A stretch of DNA of 63,973 nt, the filler included, from Octopus bimaculoides (taxonomy: Eukaryota): the NCBI RefSeq assembly GCF_001194135.2. It is 4 parts of 3 records of this genome, joined end to end, with 100 filler letters (N's around TTAATTAATTAA, not from the genome) between each part and the next. Parts side by side here need not be neighbours in the genome. Positions count along the whole stretch, not along the records: positions 40,359 to 63,973 come from NC_068984.1; 3 more parts are not named here. The stretch is one strand, 5' to 3'. A model generated the notes under the pieces. It was not told the origin of the DNA. It saw nothing but the letters and a program-made list of their open reading frames with translations, and did not search any database. The translations under genes and the position numbers were made by a program. Positions 62,768 to 63,973 of the stretch are shown piece after piece (within the stretch, counting starts at the first letter, position 1; each line of letters starts with the position of its first letter).

Positions 62768-63090
62768 GGTAAAGAACCCCTTCGCTCATGAATGACAGTA
62801 GGATTGCACCTAGAAAGCTCTTCCCATCCCCGTGACACAAGTCCGGGTAAAGCCGTTTATGGAAGACCGACAGTCGCCCTTGCACACCAGCCTAGCCTTG
62901 CCTTTCCACGTCACCGATGTTATCCAAGGGAAAGGCAAAGGTTAATACAGCTTGACACCAGTGACGTTGCGACTCATTACTACAGCTGAGTGAACTGTGT
63001 GTTGCTCAATAACGCAACACACAGCCCTGTCCGGGAATCGAATTCATTACCTCCTGATTGTGAGCCTGGTGCTCTAACCACTGTGCAATA
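62768..63090 (-). mobile_element. CORE-like SINE, family F
   Basis: GGATTGCACCTAG..GGAAAGGCAAAGG..CACCAGTGA..GCTGAGTGAACTG..GGAATCGAA..GCTCTAACCACTG. Confidence 0.75.
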
Positions 63091-63224
63091 CACATAAATG
63101 CATAAAATACATAAATTTATATAAGGTACATAACTGTAAATGCACATATATAAACACATGTATGCATGTATGTATTTATATACATATTAAATACGCATAT
63201 ACCGGCAGTGAAAGGAGTAATGGT

Positions 63225-63287
63225 GGTGAAGTAGCGGAGGTGGTGGTGGTGGTGGTGGTGGTGGTAGCGGTGGTGGTGGTGATGGTG

Positions 63288-63338
<51 letters not shown>

Positions 63339-63365
63339 GGATAGGTGGTGGTGGTGGTGGTGGTT
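63225..63365. repeat. (GGT)n/(AGT)n tract
   Basis: Direct reading. Confidence 0.93.
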
Positions 63366-63973
63366 ATAGTGCCAGTAGTAATTACACTTCTATTAATGGT
63401 GGTGTTGTGGCGGAGGGTTGAATCTAGATTACACCTCAAGGGACAAAAGAAACTAGAAAGAGATAAACATTTCTGATTCTTAATTTGATACGGTTTACCA
63501 ATTCCAATTCTCCTTTGCATGTGTTGTACGTATGTATTTGTGTGTGAAATACAGGTACGTGATTGTGTAAGCGTGTGGGCATATATTTTTCTGCGTTACT
63601 GCTCCCATGTGTGTGCTCGTGTGTGCGCGTGTGTGCCTGTGTATGTCTGCGTGATATGTGTGTGTCTGTGTGTGTGTGTGTACGTGTAGGTGTGTGTGCG
63701 CGTACGTGCACCTGTGTACAAGAGTGGATGACTATGTGACATTACATCTGTCCATATATATTACTAAATATTATACAATGGTTGCTTATACCTGTATATG
63801 CACACACACACTTATGTATGTGTGCATGTATATGTGTGTATATATGTGTGTGTGTGTCTGTGTGTGTATGCAAATAAAAACACCTACATGCATGCGCAGG
63901 CGTTATTTTTAAATATATATATTATGTACATACATATATACATATAAATATATATTTATATATATATATATAT

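Overview
AT-rich, microsatellite-saturated eukaryotic genomic DNA from a gapped draft assembly. The SINE families resemble those I recall from octopus/cephalopod genomes, but I have not verified the species. The window is four blocks joined by artificial 100-nt spacers (44 N + TTAATTAATTAA + 44 N) at 6387-6486, 22880-22979 and 40259-40358, so contiguity across them is not assured. I cannot identify any intact host gene, rRNA, tRNA gene or CRISPR array; nearly all long ORFs in the track are microsatellite or N-gap artefacts. What is supportable is a dense set of mobile-element remnants: about 30 tRNA-derived SINE copies from several modular families, three restriction-like-endonuclease (R4/Dong-type) non-LTR fragments sitting in microsatellites, RTE and CR1/L2-like LINE remnants, two Tc1/mariner deletion derivatives, a hAT remnant and a Helitron 3' end. 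The most interesting signal is a set of minimal type I hammerhead ribozyme (HHR) motifs of the kind known from Penelope-like elements (PLEs). Two of them lie in diverged copies of a ~400-bp dispersed element (43126-43530 minus, 60021-60422 plus) whose stems differ in sequence but remain base-paired. All identities and alignments were made by eye and are estimates.
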